Shown: piece by piece, positions 10,240 to 20,650 of the stretch
Numbering within the stretch: the first letter of the stretch is position 1
How the letters are laid out: each line of letters starts with the position of its first letter
DNA from: an uncultured archaeon
GTDB lineage: Archaea > Thermoproteota > Bathyarchaeia > Bathyarchaeales > Bathycorpusculaceae
Direction of reading: 5' to 3'
NCBI GenBank assembly: GCA_963810275.1
Contig: CAWENF010000014.1
Location: 41,841-105,840, forward strand
Length of the DNA: 64,000 bases
Translations under genes and position numbers: made by a program
Notes under the pieces: generated by a model
The model's database searches: none
What the model was told of the DNA's origin: nothing
What the model saw: the letters and a program-made list of their open reading frames with translations, nothing else

Positions 10240-10524
10240 ATGCATATTGATTTGCTTTCAATAATGTTCATTATTGTGGCTGTCGGCGCAGTGGTGCTAT
10301 TCACTTTACTGCCAAGGTACGGTCCGCACTACACTTCGCGATTAACATGCCCAGTATGCAAGAAAACTTTTAATTTCCACTGGATACCCGGCGCAACCTT
10401 AACCTCACTTATCCGCCGTAACTACCGTGACCTAAAATGTCCCTACTGTCACCGCAAAGCCACATACGACGTAATGGTCACTCGAGTGCGCACGCCAAGA
10501 CCTCTGAAAAAAGTCAAGGCGTAA
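10240..10524 (+). CDS. Small protein, N-terminal TM helix plus zinc ribbon
   Basis: Hydrophobic N-terminus, CPVC...CPYC. Confidence 0.6.
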   Translation: MHIDLLSIMFIIVAVGAVVLFTLLPRYGPHYTSRLTCPVCKKTFNFHWIPGATLTSLIRRNYRDLKCPYCHRKATYDVMVTRVRTPRPLKKVKA

Positions 10525-10609
10525 GCGTAGCAGCGCTCTGTTTGTTGTAGATGGATTTATTATTTAGCAGTACAATCATTTTTCCTGTACCGATTCAGGT
10601 GAAATCTGC

Positions 10610-11796
10610 ATGAAAGTATTACTTAACGATGGTTTAGAGAAGGAAGGCTTAGCTATTTTCCAAGAAGCAGGCATCGAAACCGACACTAAAAAACGTGACC
10701 CCCAGCAGTTGGTCGCAGACATAGCCGGCTTCGACGCCATAGTAGTTAGAAGCGCCACCAAAGTCACCCGCGAAGTTATCGAGGCAGGCGCCAAAGGAAA
10801 ACTCAAAATCATCGGACGCGCAGGCGTAGGCTACGACAACATCGACTCAGCCGCCGCCTCAGAAAATGGAATAGTCGTTAAAATCGCTCCATTTGGCAGC
10901 ACCAACTCCGTCGCAGAACTCACAGTCGGGTTGATGATTGCAATTTCACGAAACACTCCCCAAGCACATCATTCACTCAAAAACGGTGTGTGGTTAAAGA
11001 AGAAAATGAAGGGCAGAGAACTCAAAGGCAAAACGATAGGGTTAATCGGCTGTGGGAGAATAGGTCAGAAAGTCGCCCAAATCTCCAAACGGGGCTTTGA
11101 CATGGAAATAATCGGCTACGATATTTGTCCTTGCCCAGAGAGCGGTATCAAATTCCTCGCCACCAAAGAAGAGGTCCTCAAAGAAGCAGATTATATCAGC
11201 GTGCATACAGGTGGCAAAGCAGTCATCATCGGCGCACAAGAACTCGCAGCCATGAAACCCACCGCATACATTATCAACACCAGCAGAGGCAACAACATCG
11301 ACCAACAGGCGCTGTACGCTGCACTCAAAGACGGTAAAATCGGCGGTTACGCAACCGACGTCTACAAAGAGGAACCCAAAATCGAAGGCGACCCCTTCAA
11401 CGACAAACTAAAAGAACTTGCACAACGTCGTGTTAAGCAGCCACCTTGGCGCATCCACCGTTGAGGCACAACAGTGAAACTGCTACCGAAATGGCACGCG
11501 TGCTCTGCAGTTACTTGCTGGGTGGCGACTTTACTAACGCCGTTAATGCAGGCGAATGCATCGAACTGGAAGAAAAAGAAATTTTCACGTTGTTTGTCCA
11601 TCACAAAGACGTACCTGGAGTATTCGCTAACATTGACAAAGTATTAGCTGACAGCAACATCAACATCCGAGCTAACTATTCTCGCCAAATCAACACTGGT
11701 TACGCCATCAGCGTATATGTATTACACCAGAAAGCGCCCGAGGAAGTCGTGGTCAAACTAAAAGCTATCCCCAACGTTTGCAGCGTAAAATCCTAA
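10610..11796 (+). CDS. serA: D-3-phosphoglycerate dehydrogenase with C-terminal ACT domain; two frameshifts (about 11421 and 11472)
   Basis: IGRAGVGYDNID, GLIGCGRIG, INTSRG; intermediate frame gives NVVLSSHLGASTVEAQ; ACT domain HKDVPGVFANI. Confidence 0.85.
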
Positions 11797-11853
11797 AAAA
11801 GCCCATTTTATTCAAAAGGGCATATTAACATCTTTTTCTTCTTTTCTGTAACC

Positions 11854-12533
11854 ATGAACCTTTGCGTGCTGTTTTCAGGAGGCAAAGACTCCACCCTCGC
11901 ACTGCACATTGCAGCGCAAAAGGAAACTGTAGCTTGCTTAATTACCGTTGAGTCCAAAAACGTCGAGAGCTTCATGTTTCATACTCCAAATATCGACATG
12001 ACAACCATGCAGGCAGAGGCACTTGGGTTGCCGCTGGTCAAAGTGGAGACAGAAGGACAAAAAGAGGCTGAGTTGAGGATTTGGAGAGCGCCATCAATGA
12101 AGCTAAAACCCGCTACAGCATCAAGGGAGTAGTGACAGGCGCTGTTGAGTCGGTTTATCAGGCGTCTCGGGTGCAGCGCATCTGCAAGCAGACTGGATTT
12201 GTGGCAGTTTAATCCTCTTTGGAAAACAAACCAAAAACAGCTACTTGAAACACTCGTCGAAAAAAAGTTTGAAGTCATCATTTCAGGCGTGTTTGCTTAT
12301 CCGCTAGATGGAAAATGGCTGGGAAAATGGATAAACTCCGAAATAATCGCCAAACTTGTAAGGCTCCAAGGCGAGTATGGCATAAGCCCAAGTGGGGAAG
12401 GGGGCGAAATTGAAACAACCGTATTGGATGCACCGATGTTCAGGCAAAAATTAGAATCACAGAATCCGAAGCCAAATGGAGCGGCAGTTCAGGCGTATAC
12501 CAAATCAAGCAGGCGAGGTTAACTCCGAAGTGA
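11854..12533 (+). CDS. dph6: Diphthine-ammonia ligase (Dph6), split by three frameshifts (about 12076, 12192, 12453)
   Basis: LFSGGKDS, SFMFHTPN, reconstructed GVVTGAVESVYQASRV, PSGEGGEIETTVLDAPMF. Confidence 0.8.
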
Positions 12534-13074
12534 TTATTGTTGTCGACATGAACTGGAAACCCGACTCACTGGCTTTTAGCGAGTTTGTATCGCCCATCTT
12601 ATCGGCAGTCGAAGGCATCGAACCTGTACTGGTCATGCATTACCTTGAATTGACCCTGCAGGACTTGAAGGAATGCAGCCGCATAATTCTATCAGGAACT
12701 ACACTAAAGGATTTTGAGGCACAGAAGCACCTTGAAACGTTTGGGTGGCTGAAGGCCTGGGAGAAGCCTGTTTTGGGGATATGCGCAGGCATGCAAATCA
12801 TCAGCCTCGTCTTTATGACGTGCCGTTGGCAGATTGCATGCAAGTGGGGATGACCGAAATCGCTACAGCCAAAGAGAACCCACTGTTTGGAGGAACTTTT
12901 CAGGCATACACTCTTCATAGTCTCTCTGTAGCACCCTCAGATATCTTCGAAACTTTGGCTAATTCGGAAAATTGTATCCAAGCCACAAAACACAAACAAA
13001 AACCCATCTTCGGCGTTCTGTTCCACCCAGAAGTGAGAAACCCAGAGATACTAAAAAAATTTGTTTTGATTTAA
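12530..13074 (+). CDS. Class I glutamine amidotransferase (GMP synthase subunit A-like), frameshift about 12810
   Basis: PVLGICAGMQ nucleophile elbow; FGVLFHPE in second frame; GTG start overlaps dph6 stop. Confidence 0.75.
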
Positions 13075-13304
13075 CAAAAAAAAGAAAAATGGGGGTGGGT
13101 CAGCTTTTAGGTTGCTACTTACCCAGTTACTGACATCGGTAGGTCAAGTACATATATAGTGGTGTACGGTTGACGAATTCATCTGCGTTAAGCCGCATGA
13201 AGTCTCAGTAAAACGGCGGCTTCATTAAGTCACCTTAGAGCTTGGCAAAAAAAGTTAAATGGCAAAACCACCTTTTTCAATAGTGAAGTTTTGGTGGAGT
13301 CATT

Positions 13305-15716
13305 TTGATTAACAAATTACCTGTTGAGAAACTACGCAACACCTGTAACGCAGACTTCTTGCACTGTGAATCCACAGCCGATTTGAAGCCCAGAACTGAA
13401 ATCATTGGGCAAGAACGCGCCGTCCGAGCGCTCAAATTCGGGTTAGGTATAAAAAACCACGGCTTTAACATGTACGTGGCAGGCTACCCAGGCACAGGCA
13501 GAAAAACCGCAGTGAAAAGCTTTGTAGAGGCACAGGCAAAGAAGCAGCCGGTGCCCAGCGACTGGTGCTACGTCAACAACTTCGGCAACCAATATGAACC
13601 TAAAGCCATCGAGCTGGAGCCGGGCAGAGGCAAAGGGTTCAAAGAAGACATGAAAAACTTCATTGAAAACGTCAGAAACGATCTGCCTAAAGCGTTTGAA
13701 AGCGAAGACTACGCATCACGCCGAGAAGCTACCCTTAGTAACCTTGAAAAGCAACGCAAACGCTTAATCGACGAGTTAAACGCTAAAGCCCAAAGTGAAG
13801 GTTTTGTTATTCAAACTACGCCTGTGGGGCTACTGCTTGTGCCAGTCTTGGATGGCAAACCCCTTAGTGAGGAAGAAATGCTTGCTCTGCCACAGGAGAC
13901 TAAGGATAAGCTATCTGAAAAACGCGAGAAGCTGGAGGGGCAGTTTCGTAATGCGATGCTTCAACTCATCGATATGGAACGTCAAATCCACGAGACACTC
14001 AAGAAGCTAAACAAAGAAGTGGCACTCTACGCCATCGGCAGCCAACTCCAAGGTCTATTGGACAAGTACCAAGGCAACACGCAGGTCACAGATTACCTCA
14101 AAGCTGTGGAAAAAGACATAATCGAGAATCTACCGCAGTTTGTAGGTAGAGGGGAAGAGAAAAAACAGCCTTTTCAGCTACCATGGATGCGTGAGGAGCC
14201 ATACCGGAAATACGAAGTAAACGTTGTCATAGACAACTCGGAAACAAAAGGCGCCCCCGTAATTATGGAAACCAACCCCACTTACCCTAACCTGCTGGGC
14301 AAAACAGAGAAAGAAGCCCAATTCGGCGCCCTAAACACCGATTTTAGCATGATAAGGGGCGGTAGCATCCACAAAGCAAATGGCGGCTTCCTCATTGTCC
14401 CTGTCGAAGACCTCCTCAGAAACCCACTTGCCTACGACGGCTTAAAACGCGATCTAAAAGACTCAAAAATGGCCATTGAGGAGCCCGAGGAACGCTACGG
14501 CTTTCTAAGCATAAAAACCATCAAGCCCCAACCTATACCTCTCACAGCCAAAGTCATCTTAATCGGCGACCCCAACCTTTACCAGATGATGTACAGCTTA
14601 GATCCTGACTTTCGCGAACTTTTTAAAATCAAAGCAGAATTCGACACCAAAATGCCCCGCACCGACGAAAACGCCCGCCAATACGCCGCCTTAATCTGCG
14701 GACTATGTGAAAAAGAGGGAATGAGGCACATTGACGGCGGCGGCTTAGCCAAACTCATAGAGTACAGCAGCCGGCTTGTGGAGGACCAACAGAAGCTCTC
14801 CACTCAGTTCTCGCTTGTCGCCGACGTGATTAGAGAAGCAAACTTTTACGCTAACCAAGAAGATGCCAAACGCATAACTGCAAAAAATGTTGAGAAAGCG
14901 ATTGAAGAAAAACTCTACCGCAGCAAACTAATCCAAGAAAAAATGCAGGAGATGGTTAACCGTGGATTTTTCCTCATTGACACTTCTGAGGTTAAAGTGG
15001 GACAAATTAACGGACTCTCTGTGGCTGGACTTGGCGACTTCTCCTTTGGCATGCCCTCACGCGTCACCGTCAGTATAGGGTTAGGCAAGGAAGGCATCAT
15101 CGACATCGAGCGAGAAGCAAAAATGGGTGGCCCCATTCACACCAAAGGCGTCTTAATCTTAAGCGGCTACTTAAACGACAAATACGCACGCGACAAACCG
15201 CTTAGCCTAAGCGCCAGATTGGTATTCGAGCAAAACTATGGCGGCGTCGAAGGCGACAGCGCGTCCAGCACGGAACTATACAGCATCCTATCAGCACTTA
15301 GCGGCGTGCCCATAAAGCAGTTCTTTGCTGTCACTGGTTCTGTTAACCAGAAAGGTGAGGTACAAGCTATTGGAGGAGTAAACGAAAAAATTGAAGGCTT
15401 CTTTGAAATCTGCAAACTCAAAGGATTAACAGGCAATCAGGCGGTTATGATTCCAGAGAGCAATGTACAGAATCTCATGCTTAAAGAAGAAGTTCTAGAT
15501 GCAGTCAAAGAAGGTAAATTCAGCATCTACTCAGTTAAATCAATCGACGAAGGCATCGAAGTCCTCACAGGCGTTAAAGCAGGTGTGCTTCGACAGGACG
15601 GCACCTACCCCGAAGGCACCTTGAACTATAAGGTAACTAAAGCGTTAGGAGAGATGGCTGAGAAACTAAAAAGCTACGCAGCCCCCGAGGCTAAGACGCC
15701 AGAACCAGACAAATAA
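13305..15716 (+). CDS. Lon-like protease, LonC-type (AAA-like region plus S16 domain)
   Basis: IIGQERAVRAL, GYPGTGRKT, GSIHKANGG, catalytic GDSASS and GGVNEKIEG. Confidence 0.85.
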   Translation: MINKLPVEKLRNTCNADFLHCESTADLKPRTEIIGQERAVRALKFGLGIKNHGFNMYVAGYPGTGRKTAVKSFVEAQAKKQPVPSDWCYVNNFGNQYEPKAIELEPGRGKGFKEDMKNFIENVRNDLPKAFESEDYASRREATLSNLEKQRKRLIDELNAKAQSEGFVIQTTPVGLLLVPVLDGKPLSEEEMLALPQETKDKLSEKREKLEGQFRNAMLQLIDMERQIHETLKKLNKEVALYAIGSQLQGLLDKYQGNTQVTDYLKAVEKDIIENLPQFVGRGEEKKQPFQLPWMREEPYRKYEVNVVIDNSETKGAPVIMETNPTYPNLLGKTEKEAQFGALNTDFSMIRGGSIHKANGGFLIVPVEDLLRNPLAYDGLKRDLKDSKMAIEEPEERYGFLSIKTIKPQPIPLTAKVILIGDPNLYQMMYSLDPDFRELFKIKAEFDTKMPRTDENARQYAALICGLCEKEGMRHIDGGGLAKLIEYSSRLVEDQQKLSTQFSLVADVIREANFYANQEDAKRITAKNVEKAIEEKLYRSKLIQEKMQEMVNRGFFLIDTSEVKVGQINGLSVAGLGDFSFGMPSRVTVSIGLGKEGIIDIEREAKMGGPIHTKGVLILSGYLNDKYARDKPLSLSARLVFEQNYGGVEGDSASSTELYSILSALSGVPIKQFFAVTGSVNQKGEVQAIGGVNEKIEGFFEICKLKGLTGNQAVMIPESNVQNLMLKEEVLDAVKEGKFSIYSVKSIDEGIEVLTGVKAGVLRQDGTYPEGTLNYKVTKALGEMAEKLKSYAAPEAKTPEPDK

Positions 15717-15903
15717 TAACAACTAACCAGCCCTTCATTTTTTATCTATGTGTGAATAGCAGAAATTTACCGCCTTATTTCTTAGCAAATGGTGTTTTCT
15801 TTTACTTTTCGTGAGTGGTTGCTGAAGAATGGTTTTACTTGTCAACAGCTACAGCGACGCAACTATTATTAATACTTAATACACACTAAATTTTGGTGAC
15901 AAC

Positions 15904-18276
15904 ATGACTTTTAATCCTGACATAAAAAAAACCCTGTCAACAAGACCCGCAATCAGCAGAGCAATAAAGCAGCCAACCTCAACCCGAAATAAAACTCCCG
16001 TTAGTATAGTAGTATCTTTAAAAGTACTAGACGAAGCAAAACCCGAAGACATTCAAAAAGGAATAGCGTATGCTTTTTCCAAAGGAGGCACATTTCTCGC
16101 AAAGGCAAACCTAACCCCCAAAGGAACCGCCCAGTTAACATTGAATTTACCCATTTCCGAGACCGCACAGTCAATACGAGTAATCGTTGGCCCAGATCTA
16201 TCAGAAAAACAAACCGTAACTGAACTGCTACGCTTTGGAGGCGAACAAGTATATGTTCAGATACCGCCAAAGATACGCCAACAAACCGCAGTTATTCAGG
16301 TAATCTCAAAGCAGATACTATGCTGGATTCTGAGCCGCTGCATAGTGCGTGGAACAGTCCTAAAAAGAGTGGTAAGCGGCGGAATCACATTGGATTTGCC
16401 TGTATGTGGAGCAACAGTCGAAGTCTACGAAGTTGACCCAGTATACCTTCTGATACCTAAATTACCAATCGAAATTATCGAGCACATAAGAGAATTCATA
16501 ACAAACCCCCCACCTCCTTGGCCCCCAATCAGAGAAATCATTCAGAAACAGCCCTCAATCGGCCCATTACCCCCACAACCTCTCGTGATAGGCAGCAACA
16601 AAATAAAAGAGATCTCAATTAACAAATCATTGGAACCGCAGATTTTAATGCAGAAAAGGAGCTGCATTAATGCCTCCGCATCGGAGGGTAACACACTTCA
16701 GGAAAACTCCACTGACAAAGACATGGCAAATCTACGAGTTTTAGCCCTAACCACCAACACTGAACAATTCAGGCAAGTTTTAATAAATTACGCTGAAGTA
16801 ACAAAATCCATCATATGCATGTTTCCTTTTGCAACGGCTCATATGGATCTAGTAGCGACAGCAGTAACTGCAGAATGCGGCAAATTTAAAGCAATGTTCT
16901 TCAGAGGATGTTACAACACAGACAAACCAGACCTCTATTTCAAGGTTAAACAAAAAATATTCCCAACGTTCCCGCCAATTAACATCTATGCACCAACACC
17001 AGTGCTTTGCAACACATTCTGGAATTACCAATGCGGAACACAAGAAGTAACCCTTCACGTTACTCATCCACTTGCAAGAACCAATGCACCCTGCCAACCA
17101 GTAGATGCACCACTAAACTGGGTATTATTTATGGCAATCGGCAACCACCCACTAAGCAAAATCCGTGGGACCAGCACCACACTTTCAGCATCAACAACCA
17201 CCGACAACTTGGGCTTAACAGATACCGATGCGCCATTTGGAGAAACATTAAGGCCACGCCTCGAATTTGACAACAACCTGCGGGAAGACTTAGGCGTAAA
17301 ATACTATCAAGTATCTTACCGCAAAGGAACCACAAGTGCTTTTGTTCCACTTACAGCCACTATTAATCGACATTACACACATGAAATAGGCGACGACCTA
17401 GTGCTTGAAGTTTATAACCTTGGACCTAAATCCGAAAAAGCCCCGGGCGTACCCTTGGCAAACCAAAACCTCTTCGAAATCCCACCGGCACTTCCACCAA
17501 CAGGTCAATGGAGCACACCTGACGCAGTTGAAGATACTGCCAGCGCTAAATTCCCAACCGTGAACTTGGCTGAACTTCATGAACCAGGCGTAATGTGGCC
17601 TGAAAGTGGATTATACCAAATCAAAGTTGACCTCTTTGACGCAGACGGACAAATAGTCAACATCGATGCCCTGAACATAAAATACCGTATTCCATCATCA
17701 ACAGATCTTTCAGGTACAATTGAAACCGAAGATGCCGCCAGCGGTCTGCTGGAAAATGGCGTACCTGCAAGTTCAGGATTAATCTATGATGACAACGGCG
17801 ACGGTAAAAAAAGCATGATTATCACATTAAACATCGACAACAGCCTGTGCAAAGCGGAAATCCCAGCACCAACACTTGACGGTGTAGCTGCAGGAGATGA
17901 TTGTGGAGTAATGAAATACGATAGCGGACCAGGTCCACTAAAAGCCCCTGAAGGATCAGTGGAGCTATACTACAGACCAGAACATCCGCTTGGAGTCGGA
18001 ACCAAAGGTTTTGCAACCTTCAGCTTCTCACTCACACGCGGAGGAAACCCTCAACAACTGATAGATTCAGGCAGAACACCTTTACCCCCCGCAATTAACT
18101 CAGCAACTCGCACTTCCCAAGAAATCCTCGGATTCTGCGACACCGCAGGCTTTGTTGAACACATGCATGTCTATGCTATGGCTACTTCAGGCTGGCGTAG
18201 ACTCCATGAGTACGACGCTCAAGCAGTAAGAGGATTTGTTTTAGCGCCAAAGGGTAAACAACAAGGACCGACATAA
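15904..18276 (+). CDS. Large hypothetical protein (790 aa), Cys/Pro-rich, predicted beta-sandwich domains
   Basis: Long uninterrupted ORF with own T-rich terminator; no family recognised with certainty. Confidence 0.75.
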   Translation: MTFNPDIKKTLSTRPAISRAIKQPTSTRNKTPVSIVVSLKVLDEAKPEDIQKGIAYAFSKGGTFLAKANLTPKGTAQLTLNLPISETAQSIRVIVGPDLSEKQTVTELLRFGGEQVYVQIPPKIRQQTAVIQVISKQILCWILSRCIVRGTVLKRVVSGGITLDLPVCGATVEVYEVDPVYLLIPKLPIEIIEHIREFITNPPPPWPPIREIIQKQPSIGPLPPQPLVIGSNKIKEISINKSLEPQILMQKRSCINASASEGNTLQENSTDKDMANLRVLALTTNTEQFRQVLINYAEVTKSIICMFPFATAHMDLVATAVTAECGKFKAMFFRGCYNTDKPDLYFKVKQKIFPTFPPINIYAPTPVLCNTFWNYQCGTQEVTLHVTHPLARTNAPCQPVDAPLNWVLFMAIGNHPLSKIRGTSTTLSASTTTDNLGLTDTDAPFGETLRPRLEFDNNLREDLGVKYYQVSYRKGTTSAFVPLTATINRHYTHEIGDDLVLEVYNLGPKSEKAPGVPLANQNLFEIPPALPPTGQWSTPDAVEDTASAKFPTVNLAELHEPGVMWPESGLYQIKVDLFDADGQIVNIDALNIKYRIPSSTDLSGTIETEDAASGLLENGVPASSGLIYDDNGDGKKSMIITLNIDNSLCKAEIPAPTLDGVAAGDDCGVMKYDSGPGPLKAPEGSVELYYRPEHPLGVGTKGFATFSFSLTRGGNPQQLIDSGRTPLPPAINSATRTSQEILGFCDTAGFVEHMHVYAMATSGWRRLHEYDAQAVRGFVLAPKGKQQGPT

Positions 18277-18461
18277 ACACATCTTTTTTCCCTTTTTTTA
18301 TATAAAAATAATCAATAGATTGCTTTTCAGCCAGTTATGTTTACAAAAAAGATGTCGTTAGTATGTATCAGTCACAAATGCTTATACACCTAGCGGCGTG
18401 TCTTTAGTTTAAGCAAAAGGTAAAAGTCCAAAGGAAAAACCACCAAGCCTCGTAAGAGGAG

Positions 18462-18788
18462 GTGAAACATATTTCTAAAACATTGGCAAACATAGGCTTC
18501 ATTTTGGCTTTAATCGGCAGTTTAATTCTGATAATAGTTGGAATAGGAGCAGCGCTTGGAATCTTTTTTTTCATATTCTATCCACTGTACTCATTAGGCG
18601 CTTTTTTCTGGGGGATCGCCATGATTGTTGTAGGCATCTTAGCGGCAGGGTCTTCAAAATTTGTCAGTAACGTTGGAGCAGCGATTTGGCTGATAATTCT
18701 CGCCATCATCGCAGGAATCTTCGGAGCCGGATTTGTAGCCTGGTTAATTGCAATCGGAGCAATACTCGGATTATTATCAAGGCTATAA
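18462..18788 (+). CDS. Small multi-pass membrane protein
   Basis: Gly/Ala/Ile-rich TM helices; GGAGG directly before GTG start. Confidence 0.7.
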   Translation: MKHISKTLANIGFILALIGSLILIIVGIGAALGIFFFIFYPLYSLGAFFWGIAMIVVGILAAGSSKFVSNVGAAIWLIILAIIAGIFGAGFVAWLIAIGAILGLLSRL

Positions 18789-19037
18789 CTTACACTATCG
18801 ACGATTAGATACGAAGTAGCCAAATCAGAAAATAGAAGCCACCTGACACTGACCGTTTATTACTGAATAAGCCTTGCCATAATCCACCTTTTTCCAAAAG
18901 TTTTTTGAGAAACGCCCAAAGTTTCCTTTACGGGAAATCGTCTTCGTATTTGTTTTGCGAGTTTTAAATTAAAGAAAGGTAAACTAAAAAAGGGAAAAAT
19001 TAGCCACGCCTTATTTCGGTTAATAAAGCCTAAATTA

Positions 19038-19295
19038 TCAGTGTCTTTCAGTTCTTATTCCTACACGCATGCCTTCAAGATCTGAATCGGTAAGTTCTTC
19101 TTTAAGAATAACAGACTCTCCACTGATAGAGCCCATCTTGCTTGTTGGCAATGGCACGATCTTCTTTTGTAGAAACCCCAGCTTTTTCACGTAGATTTGA
19201 AGTCTGCATCATCTTTACATCGACTACGTTAACAGTCCAGTTATTGTCGTCAATTTCAACGTCTTCGACTTGGCCTATTCTTAATCCGCGTTTGG
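19038..19295 (-). pseudogene. PRC-barrel domain gene remnant (frameshifted, no clear start)
   Basis: Manual translation GLRIGQVEDVEIDDNNWTVNVVDVK, then shifted KLGFLQKKIVPLPTSKMGSISGESVILK. Confidence 0.5.
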
Positions 19296-19906
19296 CATGC
19301 CTGTACGCACATAGGAGAGTTGGATTCGCTCTATGGCAAGGTAGTTTCTCTCTGATGAAAGTAAAGTGCGAATAAGAGCCAGTTGCGTGTTGTCATCCAA
19401 AAAAGTCAGAAACTCCTTCACTTAAAAGATAGATTTTGTGAACTTTAAAACGTTGCAAACGCGTTTAGCCAGCAGAGTTTTGTTGGTTTTTTAGTCTGTA
19501 TCATGAGTTATCAAAGCTTTTCTGTGGTGTAGCAAGATTTACTGGTTTGATGCGCATTTCGGTTAGTAAAAGAAGAAGCAAGCGGAGAAGCAAAACCTTA
19601 ATGTTGCTTATGCTTCCGCCGCTGGTCTCTCGGGCGTTAGTCGGTTACCTCATAAGCTGGCTGTATTATTCGCGTCAAAGAACATGAAAAACCCGACGTA
19701 ACACCGAAAAAACGCGGAAACGAGGAAGGCTTAACTTTTATCCCGCGTTTGACAAAGAACGCCTATCACAAGAAATCCGCCGGTAACGACGATGCCGTGC
19801 GCTTGGGTAGGGCTTGTTGTTGATGGTATGCAATCACAACGCCATTTATACCTTGTAGAGAGAAGTATTTCTTGCGAGAAATAGCCATCCAAGAGGTACA
19901 CCCAAA

Positions 19907-20019
19907 GCTTGGCGGGTCAACTGTTAACTTGGGCATCAATCGCTCAAGACCCTAAAGGAAGGATTAGGGATCGCCTTTTGATTTGTGCCCTGTGTTTAAC
20001 CGTGGTTGGTTCGCCAAGC
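19907..20019 (+). ncRNA. Candidate structured RNA: about 113-nt imperfect long hairpin
   Basis: Nested stems GCTTGGCG/CGCCAAGC, GGGCATCAAT/ATTTGTGCCC, CCCTAA/TTAGGG with several G-U pairs; TTTATA at 19845-19850. Confidence 0.3.
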
Positions 20020-20050
20020 CTACTTTTAGTTACCCCTCCCCTCTAAGGGT

Positions 20051-20464
20051 ATGTCGTATCTATGTAGCAGTTATATGCTTTTTAGAAGTATTCATAGCTC
20101 CGTGAAAACCGTGAGTTATAAACAGCTAATGCATCCAAAAGTAAGCAAAGCCGAAATTGAAGTTTTCAAAACCCTCAGCACTCAGGGCTTAACAGGTGGC
20201 TTGGTCACCCAGCAACCTATTATCCTCAAATCCACCATACCCGACTTTTGCTGGGTGGAGAAACGCAAAATCATCTACCTTGACGGCAACCCAGTGCACA
20301 AAAAAGACAAGCAACTAAGAAAAGACGAGGAAATCGACGAGTTACTGGAGCAGCAAGGCTGGGATGTGCTACGCATTCCGTATGATCCACCTTTGACTGA
20401 GAAGGGTTTGCAGAAGGTAATGGCGCAGATTAAGCGATTTCTAAATGTCATCGACGATGAGTAA
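20051..20464 (+). CDS. DUF559/Vsr-like PD-(D/E)XK endonuclease domain protein
   Basis: IPDF...IIYLDGNPVH...D...D..L...GWDVLRI; true start possibly ATG 20129. Confidence 0.7.
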   Translation: MSYLCSSYMLFRSIHSSVKTVSYKQLMHPKVSKAEIEVFKTLSTQGLTGGLVTQQPIILKSTIPDFCWVEKRKIIYLDGNPVHKKDKQLRKDEEIDELLEQQGWDVLRIPYDPPLTEKGLQKVMAQIKRFLNVIDDE

Positions 20465-20650
20465 ATAGTCTAAAGAATTCTCTTACTTCTTCGTTGTTAT
20501 TTCGGGGAGTTTTTTAAATTTTTTTATTACAAAAACCAAAAATCCTTTTTTTAACCGCAGTCACGCCGAAAATATCTTTCTGGAGTCACAAAACGCAGAG
20601 CGCCGAAGGAAAAATTTTAGATGTGATAAAAGTATAACATACGCTTAGGT

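Noticed and set aside
11415-11480. Programmed frameshifting producing SerA with or without the ACT domain
   Set aside because: Two shifts are needed, the first removes the catalytic His motif, there is no slippery site, and the area is dense in indels
19715-19735. GAGGAAGGC resembling RNase P RNA conserved region I
   Set aside because: No matching 3' P4 strand or other conserved regions found
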